The notes: generated by a model not told the origin, from the letters alone. A stretch of 64,000 nt of DNA from a bacterium (GCA_043800725.1 JAZDMR010000011.1:85369-149368); one strand, 5' to 3'; shown: positions 17,107 to 26,265, counted from the stretch's first letter. Numbers and translations are program-made.

Positions 17107-18453
17107 ATGTCTCAAACGTATGTGCAGTTGACCGAACGTGCGATCTTTAAATCCCGCTATTATAAATGGTATCTCATTGATACCTCGCGGCGAGAGCGGG
17201 AACGCATCCTCATTGAGGGCGGTGCTGAACGGGTTTTACTTTTTCTCTTTGAAGGAAACACAATTGAGGTGGCGTGTGCTAGATTCGGGCTTGGGCGTGA
17301 CGATTTAGAGGAGTTCCTAAGGAATCTTCAAAACGAAAACGTTATCGCCATGAGCAATATCCCCGTAGTCTCAGCGACAAAGTGTCATGAAATCGAACCA
17401 CCGCTTGATAGTGTCAATGTGTTACTTACCAATACCTGCAACCTCCGGTGCGCACACTGCTACGTTTCTAGTGGAAAACCGATGACTGGTGAGCTTGATG
17501 GGGGTACCTGGATCAGAGTCTTACAGGAAGCAAGACGACTTGGAGTTTTCGAGCTTAATGTCTCAGGTGGTGAGCCGACATTGCATAGCGATTTTGTGAG
17601 AATTGCTGAATACATTGCGTCCGTGCCCACTTTCAATGCTAACCTAAATACCAATGGGGTATTACTGTGTCCCGAACACGAAGATGTAATAGCACGCGCC
17701 TTCACAAGTATTCAGGTAAGCCTCGACGATGCGGTGGCGGAAAAACACGATGCTTTCCGTGGATGCAAAGGTAGCTTCAGACGATCAATTGAAACAATCT
17801 CACGGCTCGTCGCTCGCGAGGCAGAGGTAAACATTGGTTTTACACTGACTCGCGAGAATCTCAACGCACTCAATGGGGTGGTTGAGCTCGCTGAACAGCT
17901 TGGTGCTACGGTTCTTAACATTGGGCTCGTGGCTAACATCGGGAGAGCAAACATTAATGCGCTTGTTCAGCCGATAGGCCCTTCTTCGGTACCCGAGGAT
18001 TCTTTTATAGAGCGAATGTATGAAAAGATGAAAGAGCTTGCTGTGCGATCCTTACGTGTGCGACTACTTTTACCTTTCCGGGTTCCAGGTAATGATGCTT
18101 TAATAGAACCACGAGAAAAGCGTTTTATCTGCGATGGTGATAACACTCAAATCCTTTACATCATGGCTAATGGAAGCACGATGCCATGTGACAAGTTACC
18201 AATCGAATCCTTCTCGTACGGTAACATTAAGGAGCACTCACTCCTAGATTTGTGGACATCACAACGGATGCAGGCGTTCAAACTAATGGGTTTGCGGCAG
18301 CTACCCAAATGCCGTGACTGTCATTATCTTGATATCTGTGGGGGTGCATGTGTGGCACGCGCATACCAAATGGGCGGATCACTTAAGTCTCCCGACTGGA
18401 CTTCATGCATGATTGCACAAAAGTTCTCTCAAGACAACACGGCGCAGGAGTAA
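17107..18453 (+). CDS. radical SAM/SPASM-domain peptide maturase with N-terminal PqqD-like RRE
   Basis: CNLRCAHCY (CxxxCxxC) rSAM motif. C-terminal Cys cluster ...CDGDN...CDKLP...CRDCHYLDICGGACVARAY (SPASM). N-terminal ...TIEVACARFGLGRDDLEEFLRNLQNENVI resembles a PqqD/RRE peptide-binding domain. Start moved to the ATG at 17107, which has an AGGAGG RBS. Confidence 0.85.
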   Translation: MSQTYVQLTERAIFKSRYYKWYLIDTSRRERERILIEGGAERVLLFLFEGNTIEVACARFGLGRDDLEEFLRNLQNENVIAMSNIPVVSATKCHEIEPPLDSVNVLLTNTCNLRCAHCYVSSGKPMTGELDGGTWIRVLQEARRLGVFELNVSGGEPTLHSDFVRIAEYIASVPTFNANLNTNGVLLCPEHEDVIARAFTSIQVSLDDAVAEKHDAFRGCKGSFRRSIETISRLVAREAEVNIGFTLTRENLNALNGVVELAEQLGATVLNIGLVANIGRANINALVQPIGPSSVPEDSFIERMYEKMKELAVRSLRVRLLLPFRVPGNDALIEPREKRFICDGDNTQILYIMANGSTMPCDKLPIESFSYGNIKEHSLLDLWTSQRMQAFKLMGLRQLPKCRDCHYLDICGGACVARAYQMGGSLKSPDWTSCMIAQKFSQDNTAQE

Positions 18454-18514
18454 TAATACATCACTCCTGCGCCTTTTTATTTGTGTTATAATGATTTAAA
18501 ATAACTTTAAAAGT

Positions 18515-19273
18515 ATGAAAAAACAACATTGGTGGAAAACAGCATTTAGCGAAACGTATCTCGCTGCGTTTAATGATATATATTCAGTACAGCGAGGAGA
18601 GAAAGAGGTGACGTTTCTTATTCGGGCGCTACGAATGAAGAAAGGTGCCCATATTCTTGATCTTGCTTGTGGGCAAGGCAGACACGCTATTCCACTTGCA
18701 CAACGTGGGATGCAGGTGACTGGTGTGGACGCCTCGGCATCTTTACTGCACGCGGCAAGGCAACGAGCGCGAACAGCGAGAGTGAGTGTATCTTTTGTGA
18801 GAGGAGATATGCGTACTTATCACAATGCCAAGAAGTACGATGCGGTACTCGTTCTCGGCAATTCATTCGGTTATTTTAATGATAAAGATAATAAAAGAGT
18901 GTTGTCTAACATTGCCACTTCCCTGAAAACTGGTGGTTGGCTTGTGTTAGATCTTTCAAATACGCCCGGTATGCTCCGACGGCAGGTTACTGGCGAATGG
19001 ACACAAAGGATTCCGAACGGAAAGTTAACAACACGCACGCTTAACTTTAATCCGGAAACGTTTCAGATAACATTACAATGGTGCATTTGGCAACATAAAA
19101 GAAAAACTTCATTCGATGGTATGTTGCGTTTGTATACGCCGCCAGAAATAAATCATCTGCTTATCGAACGAAATCTGATTCTTAAAAAGTCCTATGATTC
19201 CTTTGAAAATAAACCATTTAATATAAAATCAAGTCGTTATTTAATAGTTGCACAAAAAAATAGTCCCAAATAG
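18515..19273 (+). CDS. class I SAM-dependent methyltransferase
   Basis: ILDLACGQGRHAIPLAQRGMQVTGVDAS (motif I GxGxG) ... AVLVLGNSFGY (motif II region). Confidence 0.8.
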   Translation: MKKQHWWKTAFSETYLAAFNDIYSVQRGEKEVTFLIRALRMKKGAHILDLACGQGRHAIPLAQRGMQVTGVDASASLLHAARQRARTARVSVSFVRGDMRTYHNAKKYDAVLVLGNSFGYFNDKDNKRVLSNIATSLKTGGWLVLDLSNTPGMLRRQVTGEWTQRIPNGKLTTRTLNFNPETFQITLQWCIWQHKRKTSFDGMLRLYTPPEINHLLIERNLILKKSYDSFENKPFNIKSSRYLIVAQKNSPK

Positions 19274-19315
19274 TTATCCTGACGAAGGCAGGACAAAAGC
19301 TTTTAATTACATCTA

Positions 19316-19376
19316 ACAACAGCGTATATACACTATCCCGACTTCACGTCGGGACGGCGCACGATACGCAAACGTT
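19316..19376. repeat. direct repeat R4 copy 2 (see 16674-16736)
   Basis: ~95% identical to copy 1; lies between the methyltransferase and NUDIX genes. Confidence 0.8.
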
Positions 19377-19397
19377 ATCTGTAAAATTCTAAAATCT

Positions 19398-19796
19398 ATG
19401 GTTAAAATACGAGCGAATGTGCTGATAAAAGACCAGGAAAAAATTTTACTGATGCATAGAATAAAGAATGGTGCTGAATATTTTGTGTTGCCAGGCGGCA
19501 GCGTTGAATCAGGCGAAAGTATAATAGATGCAGCTATCCGTGAAGCAAAGGAAGAAACGGGGTTGGATGTGTCGATAGACAAAGAACTTTGGCAATTCCA
19601 CAATGATATGGATAGTAGAGATCATTACATTTTCCTTGTCACAAAATATTCTGGTAAATTAAAACTTGGCGGTCCTGAAATAGATAAAGTATCAGAGGTA
19701 AACAAATACTTACTTGAATGGCATGATTTGAGTAAACTAAAGGACGTAAAATTATTTCCAGTGGAAGTTAAAAAGAAAGTACTAGAGATCTTTTAA
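19398..19796 (+). CDS. NUDIX hydrolase
   Basis: GGSVESGESIIDAAIREAKEETGL is a canonical Nudix box (Gx5Ex7REUxEExGU). Confidence 0.8.
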   Translation: MVKIRANVLIKDQEKILLMHRIKNGAEYFVLPGGSVESGESIIDAAIREAKEETGLDVSIDKELWQFHNDMDSRDHYIFLVTKYSGKLKLGGPEIDKVSEVNKYLLEWHDLSKLKDVKLFPVEVKKKVLEIF

Positions 19797-19854
19797 GCTG
19801 AAATAAAAAAGCATCTGTTGGCATTTGGTAAATAAAACCTTAAAATAAACAAAG

Positions 19855-19941
19855 GCACATTCACAGCAAAATAAGCTTGGGGGATGTACATAAATACGGC
19901 CCAGACTATTTGACGTACAGTTTTTCACCTGAACAAGGAGG
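19855..19941 (+). repeat. leader repeat R1 copy B (see 15984-16072)
   Basis: ~90% identical to copy A, including the IR element and the RBS. Confidence 0.8.
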
Positions 19942-20462
19942 GAAGGAATGCCGCGCTATACGTACAATGTAATAGGAGGAAGTACAGCGTTTGAAGAATG
20001 GGCTAAGGCACTGAAGTCGCCAGTAGTTGATAATACTGGTGATTCACCCAGTATTGTGACTACCTTTGCTTCACTTACGGTAAGCAGTCGGCGGATTTTT
20101 CTGACAGGCGCTACAATGCGATTGTCGAAACGGCCGCCTGAACCCCCAGACCTCAAAGATGCGCTTACTCATAAGATCAAGATTGACGTTCTTGAACTGC
20201 AGAAATGCGAAGGGCCGAGTGAAGCCGAGCCGACCAAACCGTTGATGCTGAGGTTTGGTGGCCGGCTAGATACCAAAGCGGCTTTAGCAGTCATAGATCC
20301 TGAAAAGCCGGAAATTAGTGCTCCGGATGTCTGCGTCTGGGGCGTGGTTACCCTGGGCAACAAAGGGTGCCAGGGAATCATCCATATCGACCCAGAAACA
20401 CAAGAGTCATAGTTCAACCTCGGGGAAGACATTTTCTTCCCCATCCCCCAAGCTTATTTTGC
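19866..20462. repeat. cassette B bounded by the same perfect 20-bp inverted repeats (19866-19885 and 20443-20462)
   Basis: Same architecture as cassette A, including the ggggaagac..tcttcccc hairpin at 20422-20442. Confidence 0.8.
19948..20412 (+). CDS. hypothetical protein, paralog B (154 aa) of 16079..16522
   Basis: See paralog A; roughly 35-40% identity by eye, with collinear motifs. Confidence 0.5.
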   Translation: MPRYTYNVIGGSTAFEEWAKALKSPVVDNTGDSPSIVTTFASLTVSSRRIFLTGATMRLSKRPPEPPDLKDALTHKIKIDVLELQKCEGPSEAEPTKPLMLRFGGRLDTKAALAVIDPEKPEISAPDVCVWGVVTLGNKGCQGIIHIDPETQES

Positions 20463-20551
20463 TTACAAAAAAGTGGGGGAGGCTCGGTGTCCTCCCCCGT
20501 GAGTGAGGATTCGGGCAAATGCCCATCATTGTGACTGAGAATTCATCCGAA

Positions 20552-20580
20552 ACGACTTGTGCGGGATTCGAACCCGCACT
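20552..20580 (-). other. tRNA-like T-arm/acceptor fragment (GCGGG-TTCGAAT-CCCGC) without a complete tRNA; possible att-site remnant
   Basis: Canonical T-stem-loop on the minus strand; no D or anticodon arm could be folded from the flanking sequence. Confidence 0.25.
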
Positions 20581-20700
20581 GACTACCGAGATGTCAACAG
20601 CCAGTAAAGTCTGTCACACTCAGTTCGAGCCTATTCCAAACCGAAATATATGTCAATATTTGGGTATTTTCATAATAGTGCTATATTCAAAATCCAATGC

Positions 20701-20722
20701 CCCAGACAGCTGAAACACGAGC
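20701..20722 (+). repeat. third, partial copy of the recO 5' segment (cccagacagctgaaacacgagc)
   Basis: Matches recO 21645-21670 and the copy at 16611-16640 with 2-3 mismatches. Confidence 0.6.
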
Positions 20723-20940
20723 TAAAATTACTATGGGAGTATTTGGGTACCTTTTTAAAGTAGGGAAGTGGTTGACAATCGATAAGACAATTGATGAATA
20801 CTATATGACAATTTAGTTTACAATTACAAATAAGTACTTGACAATTAATTCCTACGGAATGAGTAGATGGGATTACATAACTTCAATGACTTTTGTTTCA
20901 CAATAGATATGCCCTATATCCCACAGCTGAAATCAAGAAT

Positions 20941-21240
20941 ATGAAAATCCAAATAAGCAGTGATATAGAAAAGTTTATCTCAACCCTTGAAAAACCAACC
21001 ATTGCGAAAATTTTTCGAACTGTTGATTTACTTGAAATATTTGGTAATCGACTTGGAATGCCACACAGTAAAAAGGTAAAAGGGGGGATTTTTGAGCTTC
21101 GTATTCGCGGCCAACAGGAAGTTCGTATTCTCTATACCTTTCAAAAAAGAGAAATTGTCTTACTACATGGGTTTATTAAGAAATCTCAGAAAACCCCAAA
21201 GCGTGAAATTAAATTAGCTATTAAAAAACTACAAAACTGA
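20941..21240 (+). CDS. RelE/ParE-superfamily toxin of the phage Gp49/HigB-like group
   Basis: ...GGIFELRIRGQQEVRILYTFQKREIVLLHGFIKKSQKTPKREI... matches the Gp49-like/HigB pattern; the start may be the upstream ATG at 20893 instead. Confidence 0.6.
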   Translation: MKIQISSDIEKFISTLEKPTIAKIFRTVDLLEIFGNRLGMPHSKKVKGGIFELRIRGQQEVRILYTFQKREIVLLHGFIKKSQKTPKREIKLAIKKLQN

Positions 21241-21326
21241 CATAATATAATATCTCTTGACATAATATAACATATACGTTATATTTATAATAATTACTAT
21301 AAGGTTATATAAACGAGATAAAACCT

Positions 21327-21611
21327 ATGAAATCCTATAAAACTCTAAAAAGCCAATTACTCAAAGATAAGGGAATCAAAAAAGCCTATGATGAATTAGG
21401 ACCTGAGTTTGAATTGGTGCAACTGGTTATTAAAAAGCGTCTTGAACAAGGGCTAACGCAGGCAGAGCTGGCAAAAAAGATTGGTACTAAACAGGCAGCG
21501 ATTTCCCGTCTGGAGAGCGGTACGTCAAATCCCACAGTGTCTTTTTTACAAAAGGTGGCAGAAGCATTAGGTACGCGACTAAATATTTCAATTTCTACAT
21601 CTCCTCAATAA
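21327..21611 (+). CDS. XRE-family HTH antitoxin (HigA-like)
   Basis: ...GLTQAELAKKIGTKQAAISRLESG... helix-turn-helix; lies immediately downstream of the toxin. Confidence 0.65.
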   Translation: MKSYKTLKSQLLKDKGIKKAYDELGPEFELVQLVIKKRLEQGLTQAELAKKIGTKQAAISRLESGTSNPTVSFLQKVAEALGTRLNISISTSPQ

Positions 21612-21641
21612 TCTGAATGTCTGAAATAAAGATACAAGTAT

Positions 21642-22394
21642 TTGTCCCTGACCACTGAAACACAAGCTATCATCCTAGAACGCCGGTCCATGAAAGAGTA
21701 TGATCGGCGGGTTGTGGTATTTACCAAGAACTTTGGCCGGTTGGATTTGATCGCCAAAGGCACTTTGCGATTGGCTAGTAAGTTGGCCGGGTCGCTGGAG
21801 CCTTTAACAGAGACTAATCTTAATATCGCGCGCGGTAGATTTGATCGAGTTATAGGATCGGTTACTCGTGAGGCCTGGCCCAGACTGCATAATGATTTAG
21901 AAGCATTAGCGGCAGCCAGCTTCTTGGCTCAAGTGACTAGTCAGCTGGCTCAGAAAGAAAGTCCTGATCCGGCTATTTATAATCAGCTGCAATTCAGCTT
22001 AGCTCAGCTTAATGAAATTCCCAGTGACCAGTTTACAATAATTGTCAGGCGGTATTTATGGCAGCTGTTTGATCACTTAGGATTCAAGCCGCAGCTTTCT
22101 AAGTGCGTGCGCTGTGGGAAAAGCGAATCTATTAAATATACTTATGTTTCAGAAGCTGGCGGGGCAGTTTGCGAGCAGTGCCAGACGGCGGGCAGTAAGG
22201 GGATTGCCTTGACAGCCAATACGGTTGAGGCTTTAAACAGCTTGCTTAATAATAAGACAGACGCTACTCCGGCGAACAAGACTACAGACAGAACCATTGC
22301 TCAAATAATTGATCAAACGTTGCTAATACATACTCAGAAGCATTTGCCTACCGATTCCTTTTGGCGCAGCATCAACAGGTTTATAAATCAATAA
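21642..22394 (+). CDS. recO: DNA repair protein RecO (TTG start)
   Basis: N-terminal OB-fold region plus zinc finger CVRCGKS...CEQC; 250 aa. Confidence 0.85.
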   Translation: MSLTTETQAIILERRSMKEYDRRVVVFTKNFGRLDLIAKGTLRLASKLAGSLEPLTETNLNIARGRFDRVIGSVTREAWPRLHNDLEALAAASFLAQVTSQLAQKESPDPAIYNQLQFSLAQLNEIPSDQFTIIVRRYLWQLFDHLGFKPQLSKCVRCGKSESIKYTYVSEAGGAVCEQCQTAGSKGIALTANTVEALNSLLNNKTDATPANKTTDRTIAQIIDQTLLIHTQKHLPTDSFWRSINRFINQ

Positions 22395-22415
22395 TCTGCT
22401 ATAATACTGCCAGTT

Positions 22416-24335
22416 ATGGTAAAAAAGATTTACAAACCAAAGAAGATTGATCGGACTGAATCAATCAAGGGAATCAGCCAGGAGGAGAAAGAACGAATCA
22501 AGGCTTTTCAAGCTGTTTTGGAGCAGTCTTCCACTGAAAATGGCAGAAAAACAGATATGACCAAGATGGTCAGAAAAAAACCCAGGCATTGGGGCCGGAT
22601 TATCTTCTTTTTATCTTTATCGTTGATTGCCTTGGCCAGCGTGGCCGGGTATTTTTATTTTACCTCGGCGGAGAAGTTCACCGGCTCTTTGGTGCGCTTA
22701 AATTTGGAAGTATCTGAGCAGGTGGCTTCCGGCGGCGAAACCACCCTAACGATATTTTATGAAAATGGCGAGGCGGTCACTTTACGCGAAGCTCAGCTGG
22801 CTGTCCGCTATCCTGACGGCTTTACTTACTTATCCGCCGATATCAAGCCGTCCAATGAAGGCCTGAATGCCTTTGAGCTGGGCGATATCAAGCCGGGCGT
22901 GGGCAAACAATTAGAAATTCGCGGTAGGATAGTTGGCGATGTGGGCAGTCAAAGCAATTTTGACGTTACCTTAAGCTATGTGCCGGCAACTTTTAACTCT
23001 GAATTTTTAACAGAGGCCAGCAAAACAATAACAATTACCGATACGACTTTAGGCTTGGTATTTGACGGGTCTCAGCGGGCAATTCCGGATAATGAAATTA
23101 CCTATACTATTGATTATGAAAATGCTTCTAGCGAGGCTATTCGCCAGGCCCGCATTAGCTTGGAAATCCCTGAAGCATTTGTCATTAGACGAACTGAGCC
23201 GGAAACCGAAGGGATTCGCAGCTGGACAATTCATGAATTAGAGCCCGGCGAAACAGGTACGATAACTTTTACCGGGGTGTTTAGCGGTACGGCCGGGGAA
23301 TTAAATGAGCTGATTGTCAGGGCAGGATTGATTTCCACCGAAGGAACTTTTCAGCTGCAAACCGAGAAAAGGCTTATTGTCCAAATTGTCCAGCCGGAGA
23401 CTTCAGTTGACCTGACCATCAACGGATCGGAAAAAGACCAAACTACCAGCCTGGGCAGCACTTTGAATTATGTTGTCAGTTATTCCAATCAGACCGATGA
23501 AGTGCTTCGCGACATGGTGATAAGCGCTAAATTAGAAGGCCAAGTAATTGACTGGGACAGTTTAGTAAACACCCGCGATGCTCAAGTCGAGGACGGAACC
23601 CTGACCTGGACCAAGGATCAAGTTGATGATTTGGCAGAACTTACACCCGGCGCCGAAGGCTCGGTCAGTTTTTCAGTCCGAGTAGTTACCGGCCTGGCAA
23701 TCGATTCAGATTTAACAAATTTGGAAATTATCAGCAGCGGAAGATTGGAAGCCAAGTCAGATGATTTAGGCGAAAATTTAATTACAGCGGAGACAGAACA
23801 GATCACCCTGAAAGTCAGCACGCAGCTTCAGTTAACTACCGAGGCCCGCTATTATACTGATGATTTTACCAAGCTGGGCGAGGGTCCTTTGCCGCCTGTC
23901 GTAGACCAGACAACCAAATATCGGCTTTACTGGTATTTGGATAATACTCTTAACAATACGGAGGATGTCAGCGTAGTAGCCACGATTCCGCCGGAGGTAT
24001 TTTTCACCGGACGATACTTAGATGCTTCGGTGGGCAATATCCAGTTTCAAGCTGAGACCAGAAAAGTAATTTGGGATATTTCCAAGATTCCTTCCGGAAC
24101 AGGCCGTGATTTACCCAGCTTGCTGGCTACCTTTGAATTATCCATCACTCCAGGAACGAGCGATGTCGGCAGCATCTTAGTGTTAACTGACGCAACCACG
24201 GCTACGGGCACCGATGCGTTCACCGAGTCGGAAATCTCGGTTACTCAAGATGTTTTGACCACCAATCTTGATGCTGATCAATATGCCCAAGGGCAAGGCA
24301 AGGTTGAACTGGCTGAGCTGGAAGCAGAGGATTAA
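22416..24335 (+). CDS. large membrane-anchored surface protein with repeated beta-rich (DUF11-like) domains
   Basis: N-terminal TM helix (IIFFLSLSLIALASVAGYFYF); 639 aa rich in T/S/E/V; repeated ~90-aa modules. Confidence 0.5.
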   Translation: MVKKIYKPKKIDRTESIKGISQEEKERIKAFQAVLEQSSTENGRKTDMTKMVRKKPRHWGRIIFFLSLSLIALASVAGYFYFTSAEKFTGSLVRLNLEVSEQVASGGETTLTIFYENGEAVTLREAQLAVRYPDGFTYLSADIKPSNEGLNAFELGDIKPGVGKQLEIRGRIVGDVGSQSNFDVTLSYVPATFNSEFLTEASKTITITDTTLGLVFDGSQRAIPDNEITYTIDYENASSEAIRQARISLEIPEAFVIRRTEPETEGIRSWTIHELEPGETGTITFTGVFSGTAGELNELIVRAGLISTEGTFQLQTEKRLIVQIVQPETSVDLTINGSEKDQTTSLGSTLNYVVSYSNQTDEVLRDMVISAKLEGQVIDWDSLVNTRDAQVEDGTLTWTKDQVDDLAELTPGAEGSVSFSVRVVTGLAIDSDLTNLEIISSGRLEAKSDDLGENLITAETEQITLKVSTQLQLTTEARYYTDDFTKLGEGPLPPVVDQTTKYRLYWYLDNTLNNTEDVSVVATIPPEVFFTGRYLDASVGNIQFQAETRKVIWDISKIPSGTGRDLPSLLATFELSITPGTSDVGSILVLTDATTATGTDAFTESEISVTQDVLTTNLDADQYAQGQGKVELAELEAED

Positions 24336-24336
24336 C

Positions 24337-25452
24337 ATGCCACAGAATAGCAAGTTTCAGCTTGTTCAAGGATCAAAAAAGAGCCAGGCCCGGATGGGCC
24401 GGTTAAAAACCAAGCACGGCCTGGTTGCCACGCCGGCTTTTATGCCCATTGCCACGCGCGGCTCAGTACGTTCTCTGGAGATTGATGCGCTTACCGCGCT
24501 TAAAGCCTCGATAATTCTGTCCAACACTTATCATCTCTGGATCAAGCCGGGTTTAAATTTAATTAACCGAGCCGGAGGTTTGCATAAGTTTATGAATTGG
24601 GCCGGACCGATCTTAACTGATTCAGGCGGCTATCAGGTTTTTAGTCTGTCCAAGTTTAGAAAAATTACTGATCAGGGCGTTAAATTCCGAGACAATCAAG
24701 ACGGCACCATGAGACTACTTACGCCAGAACGGGCCATGTCTATTCAGGCAATTTTGGGTTCTGACATTGCCATGGTCTTGGATGAAGTGCCGTCGTATAA
24801 CAGCAGTCGCCAGGTTATTCAAAGTGCGGTTACTCGATCAACGGCCTGGGCCAAGCGCTGCTTAAAAGCCAAGTCGTTACCTGGCCAGCTGGTTTTCAGT
24901 ATTATCCAGGGCGGAACACACAAAGATTTGCGAATTAACCATGCCCGTGAATTAATCAAGCTGCCTTTTGACGGTTATGCAGTAGGCGGCTTGGCCATGG
25001 GCGAGTCAACCCAGATGCAGGCCAAAATGATTTACCAGGCATTAAATTGGGTTGTGCCGGAATTACCAATAAATAAACCGCGCTACTTAATGGGCGTGGG
25101 GCCGCCGGATCAGATTGTCCAGGCTGTAAGTCAAGGCATTGATATGTTTGACTGCGTTTTGCCCACTCGCAATGCCCGACATGAATTATTATATATTTGG
25201 AAAAGCGGAAATTTGAACGGCAAGTTTTGGGAGAGTTTAAATATTTCCAAATCGCGTTATAAAAACGATCTCAGGCCGATTGATCAAAGGTGCGATTGCT
25301 CAACCTGTTTATCTTACACTCGAGCTTACCTGCGCCACTTATTCGCTACCCAGGATCCCTTGGCCCAGCGCTTGGCCACCATTCATAATCTCAGATTTTA
25401 TTTGAGATTAATGGACGAGATCCGCCAGGCTATTAAGCAAGGCAAGTTGTGA
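24337..25452 (+). CDS. tgt: queuine tRNA-ribosyltransferase
   Basis: ...LTDSGGYQVFSL..., zinc site CDCSTCLSYTRAYLRHLF; start moved to the ATG at 24337, directly after the upstream stop. Confidence 0.9.
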   Translation: MPQNSKFQLVQGSKKSQARMGRLKTKHGLVATPAFMPIATRGSVRSLEIDALTALKASIILSNTYHLWIKPGLNLINRAGGLHKFMNWAGPILTDSGGYQVFSLSKFRKITDQGVKFRDNQDGTMRLLTPERAMSIQAILGSDIAMVLDEVPSYNSSRQVIQSAVTRSTAWAKRCLKAKSLPGQLVFSIIQGGTHKDLRINHARELIKLPFDGYAVGGLAMGESTQMQAKMIYQALNWVVPELPINKPRYLMGVGPPDQIVQAVSQGIDMFDCVLPTRNARHELLYIWKSGNLNGKFWESLNISKSRYKNDLRPIDQRCDCSTCLSYTRAYLRHLFATQDPLAQRLATIHNLRFYLRLMDEIRQAIKQGKL

Positions 25453-25682
25453 TGAAGAGTATAAAAATATCAGTGAAAGTTATTCCAGGCTCTTCGGAGA
25501 ATAAGGTGATTGTTGGTGACGAGGGCAATATTCAAGTACGATTAACTGCTTTGGCAGACCAGGGGAAAGCCAATAAAGCGTTAATCAAATTACTGGCCAA
25601 ACATTTTAAAACAGCCCAATCAAGCATCACAATCACACGGGGCGGTAAATCAAAACAGAAAATTGTATTAATACAAAAGTAA
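25449..25682 (+). CDS. DUF167 (YggU) family protein
   Basis: ...VKVIPGSSENKV...GKANKALIKLLAKHF...ITRGGKSKQKIV matches the YggU/UPF0235 pattern. Confidence 0.65.
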   Translation: MMKSIKISVKVIPGSSENKVIVGDEGNIQVRLTALADQGKANKALIKLLAKHFKTAQSSITITRGGKSKQKIVLIQK

Positions 25683-25716
25683 ACGCCCGGCTCTATGGAA
25701 AAGAAACGGGCGTTGG
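25683..25716. terminator. bidirectional hairpin terminator (acgcccg...cgggcgt) between convergent genes
   Basis: 9-bp GC stem; T/A runs on both sides. Confidence 0.5.
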
Positions 25717-26265
25717 TTAGGTTTTATTGTCAATTTCCGGCTGGACAATTTCTATTACGCAGAGCTCTTGGCCCCACTCAATAGTATCGTTGTGTCGGGG
25801 CAGCACTTTTACAATCCTGATGGCATCAAAATCCCGGGTTGGCAAGTAGCGATTTTTACCCAAGCACAGCCAGATGATTTCAAGATTAATTTCAATCAGA
25901 TTATCCAGTACGACCATCAAAGTAATCCGATCGCCCTTTTTATACTGGCCAAGAATTTTTTGGTCAGGATTGTAGAATCTGCCTACCGCAAGCGCTCGGA
26001 GCACCAATCTTCTGTCTTGAGGCAATTCAATTTTGGATTGGGGAGGAAGAGCGACATGGACGTTTTGGCTAGGCAGCGGGGAATCTTTAACGATTGTTTG
26101 AGATAGGCGATAGCGATATCTGGTGAATAATGATGTCCAGGAATTGCACGGCCCGTTTTGCTGATCAGATGATTTGGCAGCGGAGATTGTTTGATCAAGG
26201 TGTTTTTGAAATTCATTTATCCGGCCGAAAATCCAGCGATCTATCAAAGAACGAATAAACTTCAT
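25717..26265 (-). CDS. hypothetical protein (182 aa)
   Basis: Long ORF with an RBS; no family recognised. Confidence 0.35.
   Translation of the reverse strand: MKFIRSLIDRWIFGRINEFQKHLDQTISAAKSSDQQNGPCNSWTSLFTRYRYRLSQTIVKDSPLPSQNVHVALPPQSKIELPQDRRLVLRALAVGRFYNPDQKILGQYKKGDRITLMVVLDNLIEINLEIIWLCLGKNRYLPTRDFDAIRIVKVLPRHNDTIEWGQELCVIEIVQPEIDNKT

Noticed and set aside
20519-20713. 64-aa ORF MPIIVTENSSETTCAGFEPAL...
   Set aside because: It spans the tRNA-like T-arm fragment; the 'FEP' peptide is just a translation of GGATTCGAACCC. No RBS.
25768-26216. ORFs 25768..26106 (+) and 25983..26216 (-)
   Set aside because: They are antisense to or overlap the longer 25717..26265 ORF, with no supporting signals.
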